Shown in pieces: positions 1 to 15,230 of a stretch of 64,000 bases of DNA. Under the pieces are notes generated by a model, which saw only the letters and a program-made list of their open reading frames with translations, ran no database searches and was not told the DNA's origin. Within the stretch, counting starts at the first letter, position 1. The number at the start of each line of letters is the position of its first letter. The translations under genes and the position numbers were made by a program. Source of the stretch: Octopus vulgaris (taxonomy: Eukaryota); assembly GCA_951406725.2 (NCBI GenBank), contig OX597833.1, forward strand, positions 70,432,001 through 70,496,000, in the 5' to 3' direction.

Positions 1-40
1 GGAGACCGAAGTTCAAATCATTCCTCCAGCTCTGAACACT
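1..40 (-). CDS. Lipoxygenase gene, next coding exon (continues beyond window start)
   Basis: tttattttgTAG (43-41)|AGTGTTCAGAGCTGGAGGAATGATTTGAACTTCGGTCTCC = SVQSWRNDLNFGL(Q), matching LOX WxxDxxFGxQ; in frame with the previous exon. Confidence 0.85.
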
Positions 41-1032
41 CTACAAAATAAATAAATGGTAAAAGAACAGGAAAACGAAGGAATTCGTTTCTAAATACAA
101 CTAAAAACGGACGAATTAACGCATCAAGTGAGTCATGACTATGTGTATCATGGGTGTGCACCGTTCGTTCTTCTTTACATTTCTCCATGCTAGTATGGGT
201 TAGACGAATACATCATTGAAGCATCATTCTGAAACCAGATGCTCTTCCTGACGTTAACCTTTGCCCGTCTATCAAGGCATCTTTTATTTTTAGATACTTT
301 CGAAGGAGCAAAGCCAGCGGATGCGTTGCCAACAGGGGAATGACAACAACGTTACCGCTCCATAGCTCGGCGGTTCTCGAAGAAATCTCAGCTGCATATA
401 CTTGCACGCATGCATGTATATATATATATATATATATATAATACAAATAAGAAAATGAAGAAACAATTTAGTTTGTTCATCAACTTTCGGATATTAGAAT
501 GTTGAATTATTCATTCATTTAACAAAATGAGAGCCTTAATAGCATACATATATACTTTATAATTCAATACATATAAGATAAGAATACAAATTATAAAAAT
601 CATAATATAAATTATTGAAATCATTAAAATCACTCCTTACAGCTGTTTCAGCCTATGGTTAAAAGTAGTTTTTTATTGCCTATAGTTGTCAATTATATTG
701 AGGTTGCAGGCATTTAAAAATAGGGTACTTATATATACAACCATAGGCCTCACGACAGGCTTCTTTCAGTTTCCCTCTGCCAAGTTCACTCACATAGTAG
801 AAATCCCTTGCCAAGATGCCGCGCAGTAGAACTGAATCCAAATCTATGTGGTTAGGAAAGGAATCTCTAACCCGCACAGTCATGTCTGAATTCCGATTTC
901 GAATTCCACTGATATCCCACTATTTTTCTTTTTTCTTTTTTCCCCCTCGTTTCGACCTAATGCTGGGATTTAATCTACCATTATTGATTATGTTGGAAAT
1001 CCATAGATTACCAGTGTTGCTAAAATACTTAC

Positions 1033-1164
1033 CATCGGTTTACTGAAAACATGTCTGGTGTAGACTTTAAAGAGGTCGACGAAACTCGCCCATTCTCCGG
1101 CTTCCTTTAATTTGACCAGTTTACTTGTGGCGATTAGCTGAGCCTTGCGTCGGACGATACTCCA
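1033..1164 (-). CDS. Lipoxygenase gene, 132-nt coding exon
   Basis: gtacctttTCAG|TGG...ATG|GTAAGT; translates WSIVRRKAQLIATSKLVKLKEAGEWASFVDLFKVYTRHVFSKPM, containing the LOX WxSxxD motif; phase 0/0, no stops. Confidence 0.88.
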
Positions 1165-1228
1165 CTGAAAAGGTACGAAACGGATTGAGGCTACATTACA
1201 GAGAAATTCACGAAACAGTCAGACAGAC

Positions 1229-1299
<71 letters not shown>

Positions 1300-1497
1300 A
1301 AGATAGATACACTTATGTATGGACTATGTATGTATATATGTATAGTTTGCAAAGAACAATGGGAGAAAAGTACTCTCTACAAGGAGTAGAGTATAGTTTC
1401 ATTAACTGAGTCATTAGACATAGCTCATTTAGGAAGAAAAAGAGCCTGGGGGAATTGATGGTAATGTGTGTCAGCAAAATCTTTTACAGTGTTATGT

Positions 1498-1536
<39 letters not shown>

Positions 1537-1596
1537 TATATATACACACATATATATATATGCGTGTATATGTATATATATACATGTGTGTGTTTG

Positions 1597-1650
<54 letters not shown>

Positions 1651-1658
<8 letters not shown>

Positions 1659-2035
1659 AAAATAGTAAAGAGTGAAAAAACGACAGAAGGCTTAAATGTT
1701 AAAAAATATATATATTTGCGTCAAAATGTCTGGAGAATATTGGAAAAAAATTTTTTTTTTTTTTTCCTTTCCTTAAAATGACATAATTTTATACTTTTTA
1801 AAGAAATACCGGTTTCGCAGTTAGCTCTTCAAATTTCTTGTGACTTAATGTTTGTCACAAGAAACATTAAGTCACAAGAAATTTGAAGAGCTAACTGCGA
1901 AACCGGTATTTCTTTAAGGAAAGGAAAAAAAAAAAAAATTTTCCAATATTCTCCAGACATTTTGACGCAAATATATATATTTTTTAAAATTTAAGCCTTC
2001 TGTCGTTTTTTCACTCTTTACTATTTTCTTATATA
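1651..2035. repeat. ~385-bp fold-back with a hammerhead-like motif on each arm
   Basis: Near-perfect inverted arms around an 8-nt loop (1854-1861); plus arm 1876-1914 aagaaat-TTGAAGA-gctaactgc-GAAA-CCGG-TA-tttctt. Confidence 0.9.
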
Positions 2036-2069
2036 TTCACCCACGTGCTTTACCAAACAAACTTTCTTA

Positions 2070-2128
<59 letters not shown>

Positions 2129-3286
2129 GACGGAAGATGGAATATACGAGAATTTATTATTAATCACTACAATTGTTTCGACGCATCTAGCATGGATCCC
2201 TCACGGGCAGATCACTCAGCAACTGATTCGGGAGCATCCAGCGGTGCAGGTGTATTTTATCGGGTGATAATCAGACACAACACGTTAAAAGTAACAGTTC
2301 TGCAATGTAACTTCCCATTTTGTAGAATGAAAAGCAGCCAGATGGAGGAAATATCTTCATTTACTTAGAAGATCAAAACTAAAATCACAGATGACAATAA
2401 AGAGAAACGAACACGCAATACAGCGAGAAAAGTATCAAAAATAACCGTTAACAAATATATATTTCTTTACTACCCACAAGGGGCTAAACACAGAGGGGAC
2501 AAACAAGGACAGACAAAGGGATTAAGTCGATTACATCGATCCCACTGCGTAACTGGTACTTAATTTATCGACCCCTAAAAGATGAAAGGCAAAGTCGACC
2601 TCGGCGGAATTTGAACCCAGAACGTAACGGCAGAAGAAATACGGCTACGCATTTCGCCCGGCGTGCTAACGTTTCTGCCAGCTCGCCGCCTTGTTAACAA
2701 ATATAGATGTATAACAAATATAGATGTATAAACGCCCTCGGACATGCTGCGTGACGCGAGTCCACTCGCTCACGCAAGCATCCGAAAAAAATGTGTTTGG
2801 CGAGGTTTTCATGTTTCGGATGTTGTCCCTTTCTCTGAGAACCAGAAAAGAACCTTTATTCTTATTGTTGCAACACACGAGTTTGTGGTCGCTTCACACA
2901 CACACACACACCCCGACCATCCCGTCGCTTCCTATGCTTGAAAAACGTGGATTGCATATCTGAACATAGAAGAATTTTAAGTAATATAAGAAGTGTTGAA
3001 TTTAATTGTGCTGTGCGAGTGTTGTAGATCGGTGGAGAGTGTTAAAGAGGATTACGATGAGATAAAACAATGTCGGTTAGGAGTGGCGTAAATAAACAAA
3101 GGGTGACAGAAGTGTCGGTGGTGGGGGAGGGGCAGAAGAAGGAAGAGAGGGAGGCGGGCGAAGGAGGAGGAGGAGGAATGAGTGGGAGTGTTGGTTGTAA
3201 AGTCAGTGGCTGGAGTGAAACAGACGAGATAATGGGAGTGATACAGAAAGAGATAGACCCAAACAGAAAGAGAAAAGAAATGCTTT

Positions 3287-3338
<52 letters not shown>

Positions 3339-3506
3339 TCGCATACGCACGTACACACATTACATATATGTGTGAGTTCATCATTAAAATTTTGTATAAA
3401 TTACTAGAGATGCGTGTAATATGAATACATACATACATACATACATACACGCACGCACACATACACGCACGTACACATACACACATACATACATACATAC
3501 ATACAC

Positions 3507-3537
<31 letters not shown>

Positions 3538-4684
3538 TACATACACACATACATACACACATACATACACACACACGCATACATACATACATACACACAT
3601 ACATACATACATACATACATATACACACACATACGTACATACATACATACATACATACATACATACATGCATACATACATGCATACACACATACATATAT
3701 GCATACATACAGAGACACACTCTATATATACACTCCACTTGTCACAGTTTCATGGTGGTGGGCATGCCGAAACTTCAAAGTCAGTGTCAGTCCTTTCTTT
3801 GTAATATTGGGACGGGGTGGAGTGTTGTGTGTGCGTGCGTGCGTGCGTGCGTGCGTGTGCGTGCGTGTGTGTGTGTGTATGCGTGTGTGTGTATGCGTGT
3901 GTGTGTGTGTGTGTGTCTGTGTGTGTGTATGCATGTGCGTGTGTGTGTCTTAGCTCAGTCATTTCAGGCAAACATGTTCTGAGCTCAAACTCCGTCGAGG
4001 TCGACTTTGCTTTTCATACATTCGGGATCGATAAAATAAAATATGCACCAGTCAAATACTGGGGTCAATATAATTTGCTAGCCCTGTCCTTCAAAATTTC
4101 AGGGCTTTTACCTCCCGGCGAATGGATTATATGCAAACATACGCGCAATATAAGGCACATACACACATGCCAACACTCACACATTGTAAAGAGACAGCGA
4201 ATTCGTTCTGCGTTTGCTTTCCGTTTATTTAATATTATTATTATTATTAGTCGAACGAGCGAGCAATATATGACAGAGCTAACTTCACGGTAGAAAGGAC
4301 TGCTTAATAGTTTTATGCTAAATATCAAAACAATGAGTATGAAAGGCACGAGAAATTGTGTGTTTCTAGCGCAAAATGGCAGCCATTTAACACTACATTC
4401 CAGATATTTAGTTAACTATCAGACAGGCAGACAGGCAAAACACAGACAGGCAGACAGACGGACAGGTAGATAGATAGAGAGAGACAGACAGATATGTATG
4501 TATATGTATATACATATCTATTTATCTCTCTATCTTTAGTCGAAGAAACTGACTCTAGGACTTAGCCTTTGTAAGCCTAGTACTTATTCTATCGGACTCT
4601 TATGCGGAACCGCTAAGTTACGGAGACGTAAACACACAAGCATCGGATGTTAAGTGATGGTAGGGAGACAAACACAGATACACA

Positions 4685-4747
<63 letters not shown>

Positions 4748-4908
4748 GACAGGCTTCTTTCAGTTTCCGTCTACCAAATCCACTCACAAAGCTTTGGTCG
4801 GCCCGAGGTTATAGTAGAAGACACTTGCCCAAGGTGCCACGCAGTGGGACTGAACCCGGAACCATGTGGTTGGTAAGCAAGCTAACTTACCACACAGCCA
4901 TTCCTGTG

Positions 4909-4967
<59 letters not shown>

Positions 4968-5139
4968 TGTCAATATGGGAAGCCTTCACTACCAATTGGT
5001 TGATAACTGATGAAGAATTAGGGACCTTCAGTGATTGTCTCCCGTCCGGTTCTACACACAGTTTACGTTATGTTGTTTGTTTAATTGCCATACATTTTTA
5101 TTTATTTATTAAGGAATGGAACGCAACACACACCGAACT

Positions 5140-5231
<92 letters not shown>

Positions 5232-5727
5232 TTGTTATATTTCGGAATATATATATATATATATAAATACACATACATAGCAAATGTAATGAACAAATAT
5301 AAGGAGAAAGACGCAGGTGGGAAAAGTTTTAATAAATATTGTATTAGTTTAATGCTCAAAAGAGAGAAGAAAAAGAGTTTTAACGTTTCGAACGTTCGTC
5401 CTTCATCAGAAGAAAATCATAGGAGAAGCGAGAAAGAGCAAAAGTGGTAAAGGAGAAAGAAAAGAAGTAAAGAGAAAATGGGAGCGGGGCTATGGGATCA
5501 AGTCGGAATGCGATTCTGTGAGAAGGGTTAAGATGAGAGAAAGGGCGAGCCGGTCGCGTAGGAGTTTTGAGATGAACATAAAGGTGTAACATTACTGGTG
5601 CATGAGGTCTCTTGGGGTGCGTGTACGGGTGTAGAGGTGTGCAAATACGGATGTAGAGCGGCGTAGGTTAGTGGGATGTGAAGTGCTGGTGCGTGTAATT
5701 TTTGCATGGGTGAATGCGCACGCGCGG

Positions 5728-5763
<36 letters not shown>

Positions 5764-5812
5764 AAAGCGTGTGCGGAAGTGGAAGAGGGTGCGAATGTGA
5801 AATAAAACTAAA

Positions 5813-5854
<42 letters not shown>

Positions 5855-8677
5855 TTTTTTACTCTTTCACTTGTTTCAGTCATTTGACTGTGGCCATGCT
5901 GGACCCCAGGACTTACCTTTGTAAGCCTAGTAATTATTTTATTGGACTCTTTTGCCGATCTGCTAAGTTACGGGGACGTAAACACACCATCATCGGTTGT
6001 CAAGCGATAGTGGAGTGGACAAACACAGACGCAAATACATACATATATACATACGACTGGCTTCTGTTCATATTTCGTCTACCAAATCCAAGGCTTTGGT
6101 CGGCCCGAGCCTATAGTAGAAGACACTAGTCCAATGTGCCATGCAGTGGGACTGAACCTGGAACCATGTGGTTGGAAAGCAGGCTACTTTCCAACCACAC
6201 AGCCACTCCTTCGCCTATAATTTATGCTAATTTCAGAGTATGGAGGGAGCTGGAGGGGGTTATTATCAAACTGGAGATCTGGCACGGACGGTTAAAAGAG
6301 GATGATCCTCGCTAAAAGATGCCCATGGTGCCGGGTGGAAGTGGTGGGGGTGTTGGTAAACCGGGTAACGGATTAGGATTAAGTCTACCAGTAAGTAAAC
6401 ACCAGTGGTATTTGAACTCAGAATGCAAAGAAGTGAAACAAATATCGTAGGATATCCCACCCGATGCCCTAACGATATCGCTAATTCAGTTTTCAGTCGC
6501 TTGCGATTCGGATTTTGGAAAAAGATTTTTCTGTAACATTTAAAATTAAGGGGCAACTCTGGTTTCTGGGATTTAAAGGCACCAGGAGAAAACCTCCAAC
6601 TGATTTCACTCAAAAGTCATAAAGACGGCCGGATACATTGGGTACTAGAGTCCAGTGTAGACTCTTCCATTTTGGGAGAAAAAAATAAGAGATGAGATAT
6701 GGTATCAACTTGAACATCTTTGATCATAAATCATAATTGTTTGATGAGAGCTGATCTGGGGTTAACGTCCCTTAAGGGCTATTTTGGCAGTTAAGATTTT
6801 ATGTCCAAAATAGTAACCACAGAATATCTACAAGTCACCGATCACACACCTTAATCCCACAGTTTATCCCCAGATCAGTCCTGGTTGAATAGGCATATAA
6901 ACACGTTCCGGCCATGGCCATCCTACCATTTCCATATACATCGACAGAATTGACTAATATATCTTTCTCTTTATTTAAACAACAAGTGGTAATTTGAGGG
7001 AAATGTGGCTGTTATTTCTTGCAGGTCGGTCGACCGCGTGAAAGGGCTTACATTTGTCAATATTATCTGTTTGTTTATGGTCACGTGTACCTTCTTGTTC
7101 ATAGTATAGCATTGTAGAGTTAATTTTAAGACAGACATTTTGTTTTTCAATGTAACCAAGCGGAATGTATTGCTCGACTTTATTCGGTTTGTACAAAAGC
7201 TTATATCATTGGTTTAAGCCCACGCTTAGAGAAGAAATTCTCACCCCTAAGTTATTCATTAAAACATATAGTGAAAGCCTTGTTCCTGTTTTCATTGACC
7301 TCAAGCAATACAAAGATTTTATATGTAAGTCTACAGTCGACATGCAACATGCTACTTTTCTTAATGAAAGCATTGTGCCCACTTTTCACTTGTTCGCTTT
7401 TGGATTCAAGAGAGAAACTCTACTCGGTCGTACGTTTGACCTACTAAAACAGTAGACTGGTCTTCCTCAAATCACTTCAACCGTCGTAGAAATAGAGAAA
7501 TGATATGCGAAATAATTTTCTTTTTAATTTCGACACAAGGCCAGCAATTTTAGGAGTAGGTGGGGGAGGGTGGTTCCCAGTATATGTCTGGTACTTGAAA
7601 GGGGCGAGAAGCAAAACTGACTTCAACGGTATTTGAACTCTGAACGAGAAGAACCGAAGGAAACGCTACTAAGCATTTTGTCCGACACTCTAATGGTTCT
7701 ATCGAAAAACAAAATTGGCCTCGAACTCAGAATGTAAAGAACCGGAAAAAAAATACTGCTAGTTATTTTGTTCGACGCACCAACGGTCCTGAAAACTCAT
7801 CGCCTCTGTTATTAGAATTAATGTAACTTCTAGATAACCCTAAAAAGATGGGATGCAACATTGGATGATGTGTGACCTAGGGCTAAACAAGGTGAATGAT
7901 TACTATACCAGCGAGCCCCATACAAAGCCTTAGCACGGGGTGGAGCCACAAAGGAGGTTCCTCTGAGCGCAGAGTATACTGGAACGAAATTCTATCATTG
8001 ATTGAAAAAAATCATTTTGTGTTTAAAACTTGTGTTCTATTTTCGCTTTAAAGAAACGATTGGACTTTTTGGCGAACCCAGTAATTTATGTAGACGAAAC
8101 TCAATTCACTCGTCCATTTGTCACTCTCACTCAATTGCTCGCTGGTTGTTAACAAGTCGGTAATTATACATCTACGTTATTTTTCTTGGTAATTATAACC
8201 GAAGTAGATCGCGCGGTTGTCACCGGTTATAAATTTTCCATACTGGATGGACTTTCTATAAATGGAACAGAAGAAAAATAAACAAACGTATTCTGCGTAA
8301 TGTTTTGAGATGCATCTCGGATCCTGTTGTGGTTATTAAATGGCAAACAGAATGCATGGGATTTTGTGTGTATGATGTTAAATGGCTGCTATTTGGATGA
8401 TAGACAATTTCTCGTCGTATCTCTCAAGCTTAATGGTTTGATATGAAATATAATGCTTTTAATCTGTCCCTCATACCGTGAATTCAAATCAATATTATAT
8501 CATATACAGACACAGTAAAGGAAGAATGAATTCTGCCTTTCGCTTACTGTCATGGCGTATATGTTTGTCTATGATGATTGTACTGACGCAACCCAGCTAT
8601 ATATATATGTGTGTGTGTGTGTGTTTATATATATATATACATATATATGCTTATATATGTTTATACATATATATGTT

Positions 8678-8708
<31 letters not shown>

Positions 8709-9151
8709 CTGTGTGTGTTTATATATATATATGTTTTATATATATATACATATATATATATAACAAGTAGAAAGATATATATTTTTTCAACATGTAGATA
8801 CTGATCAGTATATATATAAAGGGTAAAATCCGTTTTAAGAGAAGAAAAAGTTTATCCCCTGGGGAAAAGGGATACATACGATGATATTTTCGATCATACC
8901 TAGTCACATGCTGTCCACTCACTCTTGTCCTCTATTCAAAATAGACACAATCTTTTAGTCTTAGATTTAGTAGTTGGTAAAGAGATAAATGAATTAGAAA
9001 TGAACTACAATCCCTCACAACCCTATGATCCCACAATGCATCATGTGATTCTTAGAAGTTGTAGTCTATTCTTAGCTACAATAGCGACAACATGAATTTC
9101 TTCTAACTATATCAATGTGTCCAACTGGTTAAAATTCTATTTATTTATTTG

Positions 9152-9237
9152 TGTAACTGAGGATAGCCCTGCATTTAAACTGATATAATGATTGCATTGT
9201 TCAATTAAATAGAGCCGCTTGAAACTGTCGTACTGCA
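9152..9237 (+). ncRNA. Hammerhead-like motif with long stem II
   Basis: tgtaa-CTGAGGA-tagc...gctt-GAAA-CtgtcG-TA-ctgca; core complete, stems imperfect. Confidence 0.55.
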
Positions 9238-9275
9238 TCACTACTTGATATCTTGTTGCTTATTTTGAGTTATAA

Positions 9276-9332
<57 letters not shown>

Positions 9333-9399
9333 ACTCCACCGATTTCTAGAAATGACAATAATTAAGATAACAATACGTCAGAGAAACAAAAATCAATAC

Positions 9400-9444
9400 C
9401 TTATATTCAAATGAGAATTGTTCGTCTGTTGGTAAACTTTCTGC
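9400..9444 (-). CDS. Lipoxygenase gene, 45-nt coding micro-exon
   Basis: tttatttatttgtAG|GCAGAAAGTTTACCAACAGACGAACAATTCTCATTTGAATATAAG|GTattg = AESLPTDEQFSFEYK. Matches the LOX LPxDExF motif expected right after exon 1; phase 0 at both ends. Confidence 0.88.
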
Positions 9445-12383
9445 CTACAAATAAATAAATAAAGGATATAAATATTAAGAAATATTAAGAAAACAAAACA
9501 CAAAATAAAAATACAAAATATTCTTTTCTACTCTCGGCACAAGGCCCAAATTTTGGGGAGAGAGTTGCAGTCGATTAGATCGACCCAGAGAGGATGAAAG
9601 GTAAAGTTGGCCACGGCAGAATTTGAACTCAAAACGTAAAGGCAGACGAAATACCTATTTTTTGTTACCCACAAGGGGCTAAACATAGAGGGGACAAACA
9701 AGGACAGACAAAGGTATTAAGTTGATTACATCGACACCAGTGCGTAACTGGTACTTAATTTATTGACCCCCGGAATGATGAAAGGCAAAGTCGACCTCGG
9801 CAGAATCTGAAGTCAGAACGTAACCGCAGACGAAATACCTATTTCTTTACTACCCACGAGGGGCTAAACACAGAGGGGACAAACAAGGACAGACAAAGGG
9901 AGTAAGTTGATAACATCGACCCCAGTGCGTCACTGGTACTTAATTTATCGACCCCGAAAGGATGAAAAGCAAAGTCGACCTCGGCAGAATTTGAACTCGG
10001 AACGTAAAAACAGACGAAATGCGGCTACGCATTTCGCCCGGCGTGCTAACGATTCTGCCAGGTGGCCAACTTTTAAAGGAGTTAACATTATTAGCACTCG
10101 ACTGGTTCCGACGACAAGGGTTCCAGTTGATCCGATCAACGGACAGCTTGCTCGTTAAATTAATATGCAAGTGGCTGAGTACGCCACAGACAGGTGTGCC
10201 TTAAAGTAATACTTAGAGAGACTCAGCGTAACCCGAATCTGACAAGGATGGCCCCTTCTGAATTACAGGTACAACTCATTCTTACCAGCTGAGTGGGACT
10301 GGGGCAACGTGAAATAAAGTGTCTTGCTCAAGGACACAACGCGTCAGCAGATATCGAACTTACAACCTCGTGATCGTGAGCCAAATACTCTGAACCCCTA
10401 ATCTACACGCCTCCACAGGAATTAATGTAACGGATTATAAAACAACATGACAGCTCCCCCACCACCACCACCAGCCAAAGATTTGTGGCGTTTCGTCCCA
10501 CGGTGGAAATCAATACCGCACAAGGGAAGAGAACAAGATTCCACCCGTCGAATGGACGAAGAGGATTACTTCGAAAGGACACCCTGGTCCCTTCTTCCCC
10601 ACCTACCCACATTACATCGCCACCACCACCACCCACCCCCGGCCATATCCCCCTATGCCACAAAACAATAAGGCCCACTTCGATCAGTTCAGACGTGATG
10701 TAACATGCTTACACCCACTCACTTATATTTATACATATACATATATATATATACATATATATATATACACATATATATATACACATACATATATATACAC
10801 ATATATATATATACACATATATATATATACACATATATATATATACACATATATATATATACACATATATATATATACACATATATATATACACATATAT
10901 ATATAAACACATATATATATACACATATATATATAAACACATATATATATACACATATATATATACACATATATATATACACATATATATATACACATAT
11001 ATATATACATATATATATACATATATACATATATATATATACATATATATATATATACGCACACGTGCGCGCATACACACACACATGCACGAATATATAT
11101 ATACACATAGCTGCATGCACTCGTATATACACTTATACATATACACACACACACACTCTATTTCTGTCTCTCACACATACACACACACATACGCACACGC
11201 ACACATACTCACACATACTCACACACACGCACATAAACACACACACACACACACACAAACAGGCGCACACACACACACAAACTTACTCTATTGCGAAACC
11301 CATTACAACAGCCAGGTGAGGGATATTCTCGAAGCATCCTCTTCAAATCATTATTTATCATGGCGGTCAAGTGGGGTATTACCTCACACTTCACACACAC
11401 ACACACACTCCACCATCTCTCTCTCTCTTTCTCCTTCAATCCCTCAACTGCCAGTTTCAAGAGGGGATGCACTTTAAAGCCAAGAGCGATCCGTGTCGGC
11501 TGTTCTTCCAATCAAAACATACCCCATCACCATTCATAAAGTCTGTGGAATCTTTTAAGCGAGGATTAACATTGACGTCATTCGCTGACGTCATCCCTTA
11601 CACCCACGCACGTGCACACTTACATATACACATACATACCAACAGACGAGCATACATACATATATGCATACACACACACACAGGTATAGATACATATATG
11701 TATGCATACATGCATACATATATAATACATATATACATACATGTGTACAAACATACATGCTTGCACACGCATACGTGTATTCATTCATGCATATACGCAT
11801 ATATACATACAAACATATATGCATACACATACGTATACACATGCATACATGCATATGTGGCATCCATGCATACACACATACATACAAATATAGGGGGAAG
11901 TTCACGAAAAAAAAAAAAAAAAGACGAAGACAGTTGGTGTAGAAAACAAACAGATGTATTAGTATAGCGTTCAGGAATAGAAAAAAGTCTTTTACGTTTC
12001 GAGCCTACGCTCTTCTACAGAAAGGGACACAGAAAAAACAAGGAGAGAAAAAAATGTGTGTAGTAACTAACGATCTATCATACACACATAATACAAATAA
12101 ACATACATACATTCACGCATGCATACATACGCATACTTACATACACTCGTACATATATACATACACATACATGTTAATAACTGCCAAGGCATACCATGTG
12201 CACAACATATATACATATAGGCGTAGGAGTGGCTGTGTGGTGGTGAGTAGCTTGCTTACTAGCCACATGGTTCGGTTTCAGTCCCACTGCGTGGCACCTT
12301 GGGCAAGTGTCTTCTGCTATAGCCTCGGGCCGACCAAAGCCTTGTGAATGGATTTGGTAGACGGAAACTGAAAGAAGCCCGTC

Positions 12384-12419
<36 letters not shown>

Positions 12420-12422
12420 GTT

Positions 12423-12456
<34 letters not shown>

Positions 12457-13022
12457 TGTCCCTGCAACGTCGCTTGACGACCGATGCTGGTGTGTTTACG
12501 TCCCCGTAACTTAGCGGTTCGGCAAAAGACACCGATAGAATATGCAAAAAAAAAAGAAATGCCAACAAATGGGTATATTTATAGGAATGTAGTGAGTGCA
12601 TTGTCCGCAAAGATATAAAATGTCGGTCGTGAAATCTCATCCAGAGATTTTCCATCAAGAAAAGACGGTTTAAAATACCAGACTAAAGAATGAGGGGGAA
12701 CAGGAATAACGTCAATGGGACAAGATGGAGAACAATGGAGGGAGAGAGGGAGAGAGGAGACAGGTTCCCTCTCACGCAAATGTGTAAGAAGATATAACCA
12801 CACACGAACACACTTGCACTCAAACATACACATTTACATACATACACACATACAGACATACATACATACATACACATTTATGTATATGTATTTGCATATC
12901 ATGTGTACGCATATATACATACATACACACACACACATATATATATACATACACACACACATATATACACACACACACACATATATACATACACACACAC
13001 ACACATATATACATACACACAA

Positions 13023-13064
<42 letters not shown>

Positions 13065-13173
13065 GCTGTATATGTATATATATAAGTACATTTATGTATG
13101 TATGTAGGTAGGTAGGTAGGTAGGTAGGTAGGTAGGTAGGTATCAGGCGTTGTTGGCGTTGGCGATAACATAC

Positions 13174-13206
<33 letters not shown>

Positions 13207-13630
13207 CGGTGAGAAATGTGTAAGAGAAGAAAGTCGGGTGGGAAGCGGGTGGCAACGTTAATGATAAATAATTGTTACGAGTCGTCGAAGAGAAAAAAAA
13301 GAAAAACGAGAACAAATTTGCTTTAAAATCTGAGAAGACAGAAAACGGTTTTCATTTGGGTTTTATTTTACTGCTGTTTTGTTTTGTTTCGAATTGTTTT
13401 TTTGTTTTTTGTTTTTTTTTGTTCTTTGTATTATTAGGTTGCCGTGTTTTTATTTGTAGAAGTAAGAGGGGGAGAGAGGGGAGATGGGGGGAGAGAGAGA
13501 GTTATTGTCTTTCGGGTGTTGTTGTTGTTGTTGTTGTCGTTGTTTCTTTTCTTAGGAATCTGAGAACTGATAAATGTCAGGTTTTCGAAGAAAGAAAAAC
13601 ACAGAATTTGGAAGACAAACAAGTGAGAGT

Positions 13631-13667
<37 letters not shown>

Positions 13668-14385
13668 AGGGATGAAGAGAGAGAGAGAGAGGGGGGGCAG
13701 AGACAGAGAGAAAAGGAGGAATGAAGAGAGAGAGAGAGAGAGAGAGAGAGAAGGGAAATATGTGAAGGAAGACAGAGAGCGTGAGACAGAGAGAGATGGA
13801 GAGACAAAGTGAAGACAGAAAGAAGAAGAGAGAGAGAGAGAGGCAGAGACAGAGAGAAAGGGAGGTATGAAGAGAGAGAGACACAGATAGATACACAAAC
13901 GGAGAACATTTTGGGACATTTGAGTAGCATTCATTGTCTTTCGACATGCTAGAATCAGTAGCCAAATCTCCCACTGCCTACACACTACTGTCTTTGTTTT
14001 TTTTCTTTCAAAATATATAAAATATAGGATACATTGAACGATGTACTCCGAGGTAGCTAATGTCTGGAAACTACCGTCATGATCACGGCAAGAGAGAGAG
14101 CTGGGTTTCGATGAAATAAATAACACAAATATTTGTGGCAATTTACCACTGCATCAACCAGACCACTGGATGTTGTTATACACTGCTGGTCACAATGCGC
14201 TTTCTCGGATTGCTGTAGTTTTTGTATAAATTCAAGCGGCTTCCTTTTGAAGTAAAAGTGGCACCTGGCATGTTCCAACAAGTGATGGATGCCAAGTTAA
14301 ATGATCGCAACTTCGCTATTGCTTATCTCGATGATATTTTGACAAAGAGCGAGTCAGTAGAGCAACACTTCGAACATATTAAAAA

Positions 14386-14754
14386 CTAGCAGCGTAGCCC
14401 GGCGTTGCCCGGGTATATAAGAGCCCCTAGTAGGCAACGACTAATCCCAATCTAGTTCTTTCCCTCTAGGGAACGAAGGCGCATGTGTAGGCTGCAATGT
14501 CTTCTCTTCACTCGAATACTTCTATGTATACGATGTTCCTAGCTGTCTCCGGACAGAAAATGTGTTGCATATAAAAAGCTTAGATTCTCGACCCCATGTC
14601 GAATTTTCGCTGCGTTAGTTTTGAATTATGACATTGGTCTATGTGTGTGTCAAGTTTCATCAGAATCGGTAGAAAGCCGTGGTCAGGGTGAGGGTACAAC
14701 CTGACAGCCACACAGACACACAGACAGACAAACTGCCGTTTATATATACAGAGA
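14386..14754 (-). mobile_element. Non-autonomous Helitron
   Basis: Minus strand starts TC(tctgtatatataaac), has a subterminal cccgggcaacgccggg hairpin, ends CTAG; inserted between A and T with no TSD; removal restores Gypsy HIK-N-VLGK. Confidence 0.88.
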
Positions 14755-14939
14755 TGTACTCGGAAAAACAAATGAATACGGGTATAGACTAACAGACAAA
14801 AACATTTAGGTCAGATAATTGACGAAAGAGGGCGCAGGCTAAACCCACCAAGGGCGACGGCAATACGGAATATACCTCCTCCACCGAACATCAAATTGTT
14901 ACACGCATTTTTAGACTTTGTAAACTACTATCAAGTATA

Positions 14940-15230
14940 CTAGCAGTATCACCCGGCGTTGCTCGGGTTTGTAAGGGAAATCACTATATAAGCATTTTTA
15001 GAGAGTTACTTCCCTTATATAAATCGAGCAAAAATGGATTAAAAATGCGGAAAAATGATGGTAATTTTTTTTTTAATCGTAGACTCATCGTAGACGCGCG
15101 CTAATACCCAGAAGGGCTCGATATGAATCACGACTATTTTGGTTAAACTGCACCGCAAAATGTGGGAGTAGTTAAGAATCTAAATTGAAGTAGACAGACA
15201 CACACACAACTACAGTTTTATATATAAAGA
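14940..15230 (-). mobile_element. Non-autonomous Helitron (internally deleted relative of 46406-46918)
   Basis: TC...cccgagcaacgccggg...CTAG at an A|T site; removal restores Gypsy QVY-IP. Confidence 0.88.
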
